A program made the translations under genes and the position numbers. Shown here one piece after another: positions 38,491-47,453 of a stretch of 64,000 nucleotides of DNA. This DNA is from an uncultured Lachnospiraceae bacterium (GTDB lineage: Bacteria > Bacillota > Clostridia > Lachnospirales > Lachnospiraceae): contig CANQTF010000008.1 in the NCBI GenBank assembly GCA_947626745.1, forward strand, positions 20,209 to 84,208, written 5' to 3'. Each line of letters begins with the position of its first letter. The first letter of the stretch is position 1. The notes below the pieces were generated by a model. It saw only the letters and a list, made by a program, of their open reading frames with translations. It made no database searches and had not been told where the DNA came from.

Positions 38491-39276
38491 ATGAAGACAT
38501 TACGATTCCACTATCATATGGAGCTCGCATTCTCGGGGCCGGTACACAGCCATGTCTATACGCTGAAATGTCTGCCGGTGACGGGTGGCACACAGCGGAT
38601 CGAGACGTGTGCTTACCGGATATCGCCCGATAACAGGGTACGGGAGGGCGTCGATTCCTTTGGCAACAGAATGCTGTACGGCAAGGTGGAGGAGGCGCAC
38701 AGCCTTTTTCTGGTGGACGTGACCGGCACGGCGGAGACGGACGTGTCGCTGCGCTGTCCGGAGGAAGATCGGAGGACGCCCTCGGCCTATCGGTATCAGA
38801 CGCCGCTGACGCGCCCCGGGGAGCGGATCAAAGCGCTCCTTGCAGACTGCGGCGGGGCGGCGGACAGACCCGTGTGCGACAGAGTGCGGGACTATATGGA
38901 GGCGGTGCATGAAAGTCTTCGCTATGAGAAAGGCGTGACGGACATCGGCACTGCCGCAGAGGACGCGCTGGCGCTTGGGCGCGGCGTCTGTCAGGATTAC
39001 GCCCATATCCTGCTGTCCCTGTGCCGGGAAGACAGGATACCGGCCAGATATGCGGTGGGTATGCTGATGGGCGAGGGGGAGAGCCATGCGTGGGTGGAGA
39101 TCCATGACGGCGGGCGCTGGCTGGGCTTTGACCCCACAAACAACGTGCCGGTGACGGACGGGCATATCAAGATATCCCACGGCAGGGATTATCGGGACTG
39201 TTCTATCAATCGGGGCGTTTTCACCGGACAGGCCGGGCAGCGGCAGACCATTCTGGTGGAAGTGACGGAAATATAG
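38491..39276 (+). CDS. Bacterial transglutaminase-like protein
   Basis: DSFGN N-domain; catalytic triad GVCQDYAH / SHAWVE / GFDPTN; GRDY. Confidence 0.92.
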   Translation: MKTLRFHYHMELAFSGPVHSHVYTLKCLPVTGGTQRIETCAYRISPDNRVREGVDSFGNRMLYGKVEEAHSLFLVDVTGTAETDVSLRCPEEDRRTPSAYRYQTPLTRPGERIKALLADCGGAADRPVCDRVRDYMEAVHESLRYEKGVTDIGTAAEDALALGRGVCQDYAHILLSLCREDRIPARYAVGMLMGEGESHAWVEIHDGGRWLGFDPTNNVPVTDGHIKISHGRDYRDCSINRGVFTGQAGQRQTILVEVTEI

Positions 39277-39315
39277 CGGACGATCTGCATCGTGCCGCTT
39301 CGGAGAGGATAAGAG

Positions 39316-40260
39316 ATGATCGAGACGGTTGTACAGGTCGAGCTTCCGGTGGACGAGACGCTGCGGATCCGCAAACTGCGGCTGCAGCCGGAGGACGGCG
39401 GAAACGGCAGGAGGATCAGCGTCGTCACAGGTATCCACGGGGACGAGCTGGAAGGACAGTATGTGTGTTATAAGCTGTCCGACTACATACAGAAAAACAA
39501 GGACTGCCTGAGAGGGACGGTCGATATCTATCCGGCCTTAAATCCTTTCGGCATTGATTCTATCACGCGGGGCATTCCGGCCTTTGATCTGGATATGAAC
39601 CGCATTTTTCCGGGCAGTGCGGAGGGAGACATGAACGAGTATCTGGCGGCGCGGATCATGCGGGATGTGGCCGGCTCGGAGCTGGTGTTTGACATTCATG
39701 CCAGCAACATCTTTCTGACGGAGGTGCCGCAGATCCGCATCAACGAGCTGCATGCGGACAGACTGCTCCCCTATGCGAGAGAGGCCAACGTGGACTTTAT
39801 CTGGATCCACGGAGCGAGCACGGTGCTGGAATCCACTTTTGCGCACAGCCTGAACACGGCGGATACGCCGACGTTGGTGGTGGAGATGGGCGTCGGCATG
39901 CGCATTACGCAGAGCTACGGCGATCAGCTCTTCGCGGGGATCGTCCACCTGATGAAGCATCTCGGTATCTGGGACGGGGAGGATTTCGCCGTGCGGCCGC
40001 CGGTGGTCTCCGCGGACAATGCGGAAGTCTGCTTCCTGAATGCTTCCGCCTCCGGCATTTTCTTAAAGGCCGTCGATCACGGCGCGTCTCTGCGGGCGGG
40101 AGAACTGATCGGCAGGATCGTGAATCCGCTGACGGGAGAAGTGATCGACGAGATCAAGGCGCCGGCCGCCGGCTGGCTTTTTACTGTCAGGGAATATCCC
40201 GTGGTCAGCGAGGGCTCCCTGTTGGGAAGGATACTGTATGGAAAAGAAAGTTCTGTTTGA
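39316..40260 (+). CDS. M14-family (AstE/AspA-like) metallopeptidase/deacylase
   Basis: GIHGDE, DMNRIFPG, DIH, VVEMG; C-terminal hybrid domain. Confidence 0.88.
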   Translation: MIETVVQVELPVDETLRIRKLRLQPEDGGNGRRISVVTGIHGDELEGQYVCYKLSDYIQKNKDCLRGTVDIYPALNPFGIDSITRGIPAFDLDMNRIFPGSAEGDMNEYLAARIMRDVAGSELVFDIHASNIFLTEVPQIRINELHADRLLPYAREANVDFIWIHGASTVLESTFAHSLNTADTPTLVVEMGVGMRITQSYGDQLFAGIVHLMKHLGIWDGEDFAVRPPVVSADNAEVCFLNASASGIFLKAVDHGASLRAGELIGRIVNPLTGEVIDEIKAPAAGWLFTVREYPVVSEGSLLGRILYGKESSV

Positions 40261-41176
40261 GATCAAGGCGCTGTACCGCGATGATTTTCGCGTGACCGGT
40301 TATTCCTTCGGACAGGGGGAAGCGGCGGCGTGCATCGTGGGCAGTATGCGCGGCAACGAAAACCAGCAGCTCTACTGTTGTTCTCAGCTGGTCAGAAAGT
40401 TAAAGGAACTGGAAGCGGCGGGCCGTATCCGCGAAGGAAAAGAGATCTTGGCTGTGCCCTGCGTCAACCCTTACTCCATGAACATCAAAAAGCGATTCTG
40501 GAGCATAGATAACACGGATATCAACAGGATGTTTCCGGGCTACGACGAGGGCGAGACGACACAGCGGATCGCCGGCGGGCTCTTCGAGGCGATCAAGGAT
40601 TATCGGTACGGTCTGCAGTTCGCCTCTTTCTATATGCCGGGCAGATTCGTGCCGCATATCCGTGTGATGAAGACGGGCTTCGAGGACGTGGAGCTGGCGA
40701 AACGATTCGGCTTTCCCTATGTGCTGCTGCACACACCGCGCCCATTTGACACTACCACGCTCAACTATAACTGGCAGATATGGGAGACAAAAGCCTTCTC
40801 CGTATATACCACCACCACGGAGGAGATCGACAGAGTCAGTGCAAGACAGGCGGTGGAGGCCGTGCTGAATTTCTTGCGCAAAGCGGATCTGATCGATTAT
40901 GACGGCTTCGAGGGCTATGTGTCGAAGGTGGTTTCCACAGAGGACATGATCACGGTACGAAACCGCTCGGCGGGCTTCTTTGAGGGCAAGGCGTCGGCGG
41001 GAGAGCATGTGCGGAAGGGACAGGTGCTGGCCTGTATTGCGGACTGCTATGAGGGAGAAATGATCGACGAGATCCTTGCGCCCACGGACGGCACGATCCT
41101 GTTTGCGCATGCCGAACCGAGGGTGTACCAGAACACGGCGGTCTATAAGATCATTCCCGAGCGGGCGGAGTGGTAG
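40238..41176 (+). CDS. M14-family paralogue with degenerate Zn/catalytic residues
   Basis: SMRGNE replaces HGDE, DINRMFPG retained, LQFAS replaces DIHAS, SVYT replaces VVEM. Confidence 0.8.
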   Translation: MEKKVLFEIKALYRDDFRVTGYSFGQGEAAACIVGSMRGNENQQLYCCSQLVRKLKELEAAGRIREGKEILAVPCVNPYSMNIKKRFWSIDNTDINRMFPGYDEGETTQRIAGGLFEAIKDYRYGLQFASFYMPGRFVPHIRVMKTGFEDVELAKRFGFPYVLLHTPRPFDTTTLNYNWQIWETKAFSVYTTTTEEIDRVSARQAVEAVLNFLRKADLIDYDGFEGYVSKVVSTEDMITVRNRSAGFFEGKASAGEHVRKGQVLACIADCYEGEMIDEILAPTDGTILFAHAEPRVYQNTAVYKIIPERAEW

Positions 41177-41280
41177 GGACGTTACGGCGGGTCGAGCCGC
41201 GGACATGCACCGTTTCGGAACGAAAAGTCAAAGATTTGCCTTGACAAAAAAACCGCGGCTGACTATAGTAATATCAGAAA

Positions 41281-41577
41281 TGCAAGGCCGCAGGGCCTGT
41301 GACAAAGGCGATGACAAAGAGGAGTACGCGACGACCGCCGCCAGAGAGAGGAGCCAAATGCTGGAAGGCTTTTTCGGAGAGGGATCGCGGAAGGTAGCTT
41401 TTGAGCCTGAGCGCCGAACATGGGTGTTTTGCAGAGATCTTATGCCGGACACCGCAGTAAGCGTTCACGCCTTATCCCCGTTAACGGATCGGATCCTGTC
41501 AGGGATCACAGAGTGATAAACAAAGGTGGTACCGCGCAAGCTGCGCCCTTTGCCGGAGACGGCGAAGGGTTTTTTTG
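41281..41577 (+). ncRNA. T-box riboswitch (Val specifier)
   Basis: AGAGA and GCTG loop motifs, GTA specifier 41394-41396, AGTA box, T-box AAAGGTGGTACCGCG 41522-41536, terminator 41546-41576; promoter TTGACA-N17-TATAGT at 41241-41269. Confidence 0.92.
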
Positions 41578-41631
41578 TGCGTATCGGCAGAGCCGGAAAG
41601 CGGATAAGAAAAAGTTGGAGAGGAGACGACC

Positions 41632-44331
41632 ATGAGCAAAGAACTGGCAAAGACCTATGACCCGAAAGGGATAGAGGACAGACTGTACCGGAAGTGGATG
41701 GACAAGAAATATTTTCACGCACAGGTGGACGAGACAAAGAAACCTTTTACGATCGTTATCCCGCCCCCGAATATCACGGGGCAGCTTCACATGGGACATG
41801 CGCTGGACAATACCATGCAGGATATCCTGATCCGTTACAAGAGGATGCAGGGGTACAACGCGCTCTGGCAGCCCGGGACAGACCATGCCTCGATTGCCAC
41901 GGAAGTGCGCATTATCGAGAAGCTGAAGGAAGAGGGCATCACGAAGGAAGATCTGGGGCGTGAAGGCTTCTTAAAGCGCGCGTGGGAGTGGAAGGAGGAG
42001 TACGGCGGCCGCATCATCGGCCAGCTTAAGAAGCTTGGCTCTTCCTGCGACTGGGACAGAGAGCGCTTCACGATGGACGAGGGCTGCAATCGTGCGGTCA
42101 CGGAAGTATTCTGCAAGATGCATGAAAAAGGGTGGATCTACAAGGGCAGCAGGATCATCAACTGGTGTCCTGTGTGCAACACCTCTATCTCGGACGCGGA
42201 GGTGGAGTACGAGGAACAGGCAGGGCATTTCTGGCACATCAAATATCCTCTCGTGGACGGGAACGGACAGCCCAGCAGGACGGAGTTCCTCGAATTTGCG
42301 ACCACCAGACCGGAGACGATGCTGGGCGATACCGCGGTGGCGGTCAATCCGAATGATGAGAGATACACGTACCTGAAGGGACGCATGGTCTGGCTGCCGA
42401 TCGTGAATAAGGCGATCCCCGTTGTGGAGGACGAGTACGTTGACATGGAATTCGGAACGGGCGTCGTCAAGATCACGCCGGCTCATGACCCCAATGACTT
42501 TGAGGTAGGCAAGCGCCACGGACTGCCCGAGATCAACATTATGAACGACGATGCCACGATCAACGAAAACGGCGGCAGATATGCGGGTCTCGACCGCTAT
42601 GAGGCCAGAAAGCGGATCGTGGAGGAACTGGAGCGGGAAGGGCTGCTTGTGCGTATTGAGGACTATACCCACAATGTAGGCACTCATGACCGCTGCGGCA
42701 CGACCATCGAGCCGCTGATCAAGAAACAGTGGTTCGTGAAGATGGACGAGCTGATCAAGCCCGCCGTGAAAGCGGTGAAAGACGGCGAGATCAAGCTGAT
42801 CCCCGAACGCATGGAAAAGACCTATTTCAACTGGACGGACAATATCCGCGACTGGTGTATCAGCCGTCAGCTGTGGTGGGGACACAGGATACCGGCGTAC
42901 TACTGTGACAAGTGCGGCGAGGTGGTCGTTGCCAAGGAGATGCCCAAGGTGTGCCCGAAGTGTAAGGACACGCACTTTACGCAGGATCCGGACACGCTGG
43001 ACACATGGTTCTCCTCGGCGCTCTGGCCGTTTTCCACGCTGGGCTGGCCCGACGAGACGCCGGAGCTGAAATATTTCTATCCGACGGACGTGCTTGTGAC
43101 CGGATATGACATCATCTTTTTCTGGGTGATCCGCATGATCTTCTCGGGCTACGAGCAGATGGGAGAGAAGCCGTTCCACACCGTATTGTTCCACGGGCTG
43201 GTGCGCGACTCGCAGGGGCGCAAGATGAGCAAATCCCTCGGCAACGGCATCGATCCGCTGGAGATCATCGACAAGTACGGCGCGGACGCGCTGCGGCTGA
43301 CCCTGATCACGGGCAACGCTCCCGGCAACGATATGCGTTTCTACTATGAGCGGGTGGAGGCAAGCCGCAATTTTGCCAACAAGGTGTGGAACGCATCGCG
43401 TTTTATCATGATGAACATGGAACAGGCACAGGACAAGACCGGAACGCGCGGGTGGGAAGTCTCCTATGATGCCGTCAGGGCGCATCTGGAGCCGGCGGAC
43501 AAGTGGATCCTGTCGAAGCTTAATACGCTGATCGGGGAAGTGACGGACAATATCGACCACTATGAGCTCGGCATCGCCGTGCAGAAGGTGTATGACTTTA
43601 TCTGGGACGAATTCTGCGACTGGTACATTGAGATGGTGAAGCCGCGTCTGTACCGGAAGGATGCGGAAGAGCACGACAGCAGGAACGCAGCGCTGTGGAC
43701 GCTCAAGGCCGTTCTGATCGACGCGCTGAAGCTGCTGCACCCGTACATGCCGTTCATCACCGAGGAGATCTTCTGCACGATCCAGAGCGAGGAGGAGTCG
43801 ATCATGATCTCCGCATGGCCGAAACCCGCGCAGGACAGGGAGTACAAGGCCGAGGAGGAAGCGATCGAGCTGATCAAGGAGGCGGTGCGCGGTATCCGGA
43901 ATATCCGCACGCAGATGAATGTCGCGCCGAGCAGGAAAGCGGCAGTCTATGTGGTCAGCGACAGTGACAGGGTACGTCAGGTCTTCGAGGAGGGCAGACT
44001 GTTTTTCGCCTCTCTTGCGGGCGCGTCCGAGGTGACGGTACAGGCGGATAAGCGCGGGATCGCAGACGACGCGGTGTCGGTCGTGATCCCCAATGCCACG
44101 GTCTATATCCCCTTTGCGGAACTGGTGGATATCAGGCAGGAGATCGAACGGCTCGAGAAGGAGGCAAAACGTCTGGAGGGCGAGCTTGCCCGCGTGAACG
44201 GCATGCTGCGCAACGAGCGTTTCATGTCGAAAGCGCCTGAGGCGAAAGTGGCGGAGGAACGCGCGAAGCTGGAGAAGTACACGCAGATGGCCGCGCAGGT
44301 AAAAGAACGGCTTGCACAGCTTCGGGGATAA
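41632..44331 (+). CDS. valS: Valyl-tRNA synthetase
   Basis: PPPNITGQLHMGH, DWCISRQLWWGHRIP, KMSKS, C-terminal coiled-coil arm. Confidence 0.98.
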   Translation: MSKELAKTYDPKGIEDRLYRKWMDKKYFHAQVDETKKPFTIVIPPPNITGQLHMGHALDNTMQDILIRYKRMQGYNALWQPGTDHASIATEVRIIEKLKEEGITKEDLGREGFLKRAWEWKEEYGGRIIGQLKKLGSSCDWDRERFTMDEGCNRAVTEVFCKMHEKGWIYKGSRIINWCPVCNTSISDAEVEYEEQAGHFWHIKYPLVDGNGQPSRTEFLEFATTRPETMLGDTAVAVNPNDERYTYLKGRMVWLPIVNKAIPVVEDEYVDMEFGTGVVKITPAHDPNDFEVGKRHGLPEINIMNDDATINENGGRYAGLDRYEARKRIVEELEREGLLVRIEDYTHNVGTHDRCGTTIEPLIKKQWFVKMDELIKPAVKAVKDGEIKLIPERMEKTYFNWTDNIRDWCISRQLWWGHRIPAYYCDKCGEVVVAKEMPKVCPKCKDTHFTQDPDTLDTWFSSALWPFSTLGWPDETPELKYFYPTDVLVTGYDIIFFWVIRMIFSGYEQMGEKPFHTVLFHGLVRDSQGRKMSKSLGNGIDPLEIIDKYGADALRLTLITGNAPGNDMRFYYERVEASRNFANKVWNASRFIMMNMEQAQDKTGTRGWEVSYDAVRAHLEPADKWILSKLNTLIGEVTDNIDHYELGIAVQKVYDFIWDEFCDWYIEMVKPRLYRKDAEEHDSRNAALWTLKAVLIDALKLLHPYMPFITEEIFCTIQSEEESIMISAWPKPAQDREYKAEEEAIELIKEAVRGIRNIRTQMNVAPSRKAAVYVVSDSDRVRQVFEEGRLFFASLAGASEVTVQADKRGIADDAVSVVIPNATVYIPFAELVDIRQEIERLEKEAKRLEGELARVNGMLRNERFMSKAPEAKVAEERAKLEKYTQMAAQVKERLAQLRG

Positions 44332-44423
44332 ACTTGCGCACTTCCGGAATTAGGACTGGAAAAATAGAGGAAGTTAGTGTAAAGTAATATCAAGGATATT
44401 ATGTTCTGAGCAGAAAAGGGTAG

Positions 44424-45968
44424 GTGAGACACGTGGCCGAGGTGCAATTCTCTGCAGACCAGATGAATAAACTGAAGAACGCAATGACGCGCGCGTCACA
44501 GCCGGAAAAGGAAGCCAAGCCGGGAGAACCGGCCGTTACGGCCGCTTCTGTGCGGCCGGCGGCGAGGGCCGGCGGCGAAATGTTTGCGGAGCCGGAGGAC
44601 CGCCTCGCAAGAGGCACTTATCTGCGCGTCGAGAAAGATGCGATGACGGCGTGGCTCTATCTGATGCCGCCCGAGGAAGGGCAGTATTATACGAAGGGCG
44701 ATCTGGAGACTTTTCTGGAACACCGAGGCGTCATCAAGGGGTTTCACAGCTCCAATCTCTCCGCGATGATCAAAAAAAAGGTCTACAACCGGGAGATCAT
44801 CGTGGCGCAGGGCAAGCAGAGCATCGACGGCAAGGACGGTTACTTTGAGTATCTCTTTTCACCGGATGAGTACGGCGCTCCCAAGATCAGGGAGGACGGC
44901 TCTGTGGACTACACGAACATGAGCGCCCTGCAGAATGTGCATCAGGGCGATAAGGTCGCCATATACCACTATGCCGTGCAGGGCATAGAAGGCTATACGG
45001 TATACGGCGGAGAGCTGAAAGCGAAGCCGGCGAAGGATCTGCCGCCTATCAGGGGCAGGGGCATCACGAGAGAGAACAACGAGTATTTCGCGATGACCGA
45101 CGGCAAGATCGAGGCGAAGCAGGGCAAGATCGACATTCAGAAGGTCCACCAGATCGTGGGTGACGTGACGATGATTATCGGCAAGATAGAATTTTTCGGG
45201 GACGTCATCATCAACGGCAACGTGGAGAGCGGTGTGACGATCCGCGCGGGGCGCAATATCGAGGTACACGGCACGACCGGCAGCGCCTCTCTCTTCGCGG
45301 GCGGCGATGTGATCCTGTCGCGCGGCATTCAGGGCGGCGGCAAGATATCCGCCAGAGGGAGCGTGTTTGCGGATTTCATAGAGAATACGACGGTGGAAGC
45401 CGGCGGAACGGTGCAGTCCAACACTATCTTAAACGCGCAGATCTACGCAAAGGACAAAGTGGTGACGACGGGCAAGAAGGGCTGCATCATCGGCGGGTAT
45501 GTGCATGGCCTGAAAGGCATCGAGGCGATGGCTGTGGGCAGCGACGTGGAGGTCAGGACGATCCTTCACTGCGGCTACGAGCCGGAGGCTTACGAGAGGC
45601 TGGTGGAGATGCGCCGGCAGGAGACGGAGACGAAGGAGGCGCTGGCGGATCTGGTCGAGGCCATGACCGACGCGCTGCGCGAGAAGCGTCTGCGCGGCTC
45701 CAGCACATCGGCGGCGACGGAGGCGAAGCTGTCCGACTGGAACAAACAGAAGGATATGCTGTTCTCGCAGCTGGACGCGATCAGTCAGGAGAGGGAGCAG
45801 CTGGAAGAACTCGTGGAGGGCAGCAGGGGCGCCTGTATCAAGGTGGACGGCTATGTCTACCGGAACGTCATCATCGGCATCAATGCGGAGCAGATGGTGG
45901 TGGAAAAGGATACCCGTTTCATGCGCTACAGCGCCGACAAGGGAATCATAGAGGCAAATGTGATATAG
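44424..45968 (+). CDS. DUF342/FapA-family protein
   Basis: VAQGK..IDGKDG..EYLF, PKIREDGSVDY, IEFFGDVIINGNV beta-helix repeats, GCIIGG. Confidence 0.85.
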   Translation: MRHVAEVQFSADQMNKLKNAMTRASQPEKEAKPGEPAVTAASVRPAARAGGEMFAEPEDRLARGTYLRVEKDAMTAWLYLMPPEEGQYYTKGDLETFLEHRGVIKGFHSSNLSAMIKKKVYNREIIVAQGKQSIDGKDGYFEYLFSPDEYGAPKIREDGSVDYTNMSALQNVHQGDKVAIYHYAVQGIEGYTVYGGELKAKPAKDLPPIRGRGITRENNEYFAMTDGKIEAKQGKIDIQKVHQIVGDVTMIIGKIEFFGDVIINGNVESGVTIRAGRNIEVHGTTGSASLFAGGDVILSRGIQGGGKISARGSVFADFIENTTVEAGGTVQSNTILNAQIYAKDKVVTTGKKGCIIGGYVHGLKGIEAMAVGSDVEVRTILHCGYEPEAYERLVEMRRQETETKEALADLVEAMTDALREKRLRGSSTSAATEAKLSDWNKQKDMLFSQLDAISQEREQLEELVEGSRGACIKVDGYVYRNVIIGINAEQMVVEKDTRFMRYSADKGIIEANVI

Positions 45969-45975
45969 GACAGTT

Positions 45976-47304
45976 ATGTTAGAACAGATCGATACTTACG
46001 CCGAGGCCGTGGCATACATCAACGGTATCCCGCGGTTCACCGGCAAGAGCAGCATCGGGGACACCCGCAGGTTTCTCAGCCATATGGGGTGCTCCGGCAG
46101 AAATCATAAGATCATACACGTAGCCGGCACAAACGGAAAAGGTTCCGTTTGTGCCTATTTGCATTCCGTATTTCGTGAGGCGGGGATCTCGGTCGGCGTG
46201 TTTACCTCGCCGCATCTTGTCACCATGCGGGAGCGCATGGCGGTGGACGGCCGTATCGCCACCGAGGAGGAATTTCTCGAGGCCTTCGGTTACGTGGCCG
46301 GCAAGCTGTCCGAGCTGCCGCGGGAGTTATCCGAGCGCTCCTACCACCCGAGTTTTTTTGAGTTTCTTTTTTTTATGGCGCTGCACTTTTTTGACCGGGC
46401 GGGCGTGGAGTATATCGTGCTCGAGACCGGGCTCGGCGGTAGGCTGGACGCCACCAACGCGATAGAGGACAAGACGCTGTGCGTCATCACTTCTATCGGG
46501 TACGATCACATGGAATATCTGGGGGACACCCTGCCGGAGATCGCCGCCGAGAAGGCGGGCATCCTGCGCGGCGGCGTGCCGGTCGTCTATCCCGTGCTGC
46601 AGCCGGAGGTGTCGGCCTGTATCGAGGCCTGTGCGGCGCGGGCAGGTGCGGTCTGCGTGCCGGTTTTGCCCGAGGCGATAAAAGAAATAAAGATTCAGCA
46701 TAAAACGATTGATTTTTCTCTCCATTTAAACTATTATGATTATATTGGTTTTACTGTGTCTACCTCAGCGCTGTACCAGATACAGAACGCCGCGTTGGCC
46801 GTCAGGGCGCTTACGTGCCTTGCGGACGAACGCCTTACGATCCCCGTCATACAGGCCGGGATCCGCAAGATGGTCTGGGAGGGCAGAATGGAGGAGATCC
46901 TGCCCTCCGTGTATCTGGACGGCGCCCACAATATTGACGGGATACGCGCTTTTTTGGACACGGTGAGATCGCAGCCCTGCAGCGGAAGAAGGAAGCTGTT
47001 GTTTTCCGTTGTGAAAGACAAGCAGTATCAGGCGGTAATCCGTGAGATCGCACTGTCCGGGCTGTTTGATGAGGTTGGCGTGGCGGCGCTTACCAACGAG
47101 CGCGCGCTGCCGCTCGACGTGTTGGAAGATACTTTCAGGCAATATACCGGATCGCCGTGCAGGGCATATGGCAGTCTGCGCGATGCTTTTGCCAAGCTGG
47201 CGCTCAACAGGGCTGACGGGGACACCGTGTATATTGCCGGTTCACTATATTTGGCGGGCGAGATCAAAGCCCTTTTAAGGAGGCCCAGACGTGATCAATT
47301 TTGA
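45976..47304 (+). CDS. folC: Folylpolyglutamate/dihydrofolate synthase
   Basis: IHVAGTNGKGS, FTSPHL, ETGLGGRLDATN, DHM, LDGAHN, GSLY. Confidence 0.95.
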   Translation: MLEQIDTYAEAVAYINGIPRFTGKSSIGDTRRFLSHMGCSGRNHKIIHVAGTNGKGSVCAYLHSVFREAGISVGVFTSPHLVTMRERMAVDGRIATEEEFLEAFGYVAGKLSELPRELSERSYHPSFFEFLFFMALHFFDRAGVEYIVLETGLGGRLDATNAIEDKTLCVITSIGYDHMEYLGDTLPEIAAEKAGILRGGVPVVYPVLQPEVSACIEACAARAGAVCVPVLPEAIKEIKIQHKTIDFSLHLNYYDYIGFTVSTSALYQIQNAALAVRALTCLADERLTIPVIQAGIRKMVWEGRMEEILPSVYLDGAHNIDGIRAFLDTVRSQPCSGRRKLLFSVVKDKQYQAVIREIALSGLFDEVGVAALTNERALPLDVLEDTFRQYTGSPCRAYGSLRDAFAKLALNRADGDTVYIAGSLYLAGEIKALLRRPRRDQF

Positions 47305-47440
47305 AGAAGAGCTGAAGAAGTTCCATCCAAGTCTGGAAGTGGAGGACGCGGAAGAGGCGATCTACAATCAGGATTTGACGGACATGGCGGATCTGATGGT
47401 CAAGATAGTTAAGGAATCGAAGAAAACGAATGTTGAATAG
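47291..47440 (+). CDS. Small acidic protein (49 aa), absent from ORF track
   Basis: AAGGAGG RBS, GTG start, MINFEEELKKFHPSLEVEDAEEAIYNQDLTDMADLMVKIVKESKKTNVE; fills the folC-TPR gap. Confidence 0.75.
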   Translation: MINFEEELKKFHPSLEVEDAEEAIYNQDLTDMADLMVKIVKESKKTNVE

Positions 47441-47453
47441 GGGATTGGCATAG

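Noticed and set aside
46350-46392. Poly-T tracts in folC as a phase-variation site
   Set aside because: They encode the hydrophobic FFEFLFF segment in frame; no frameshift
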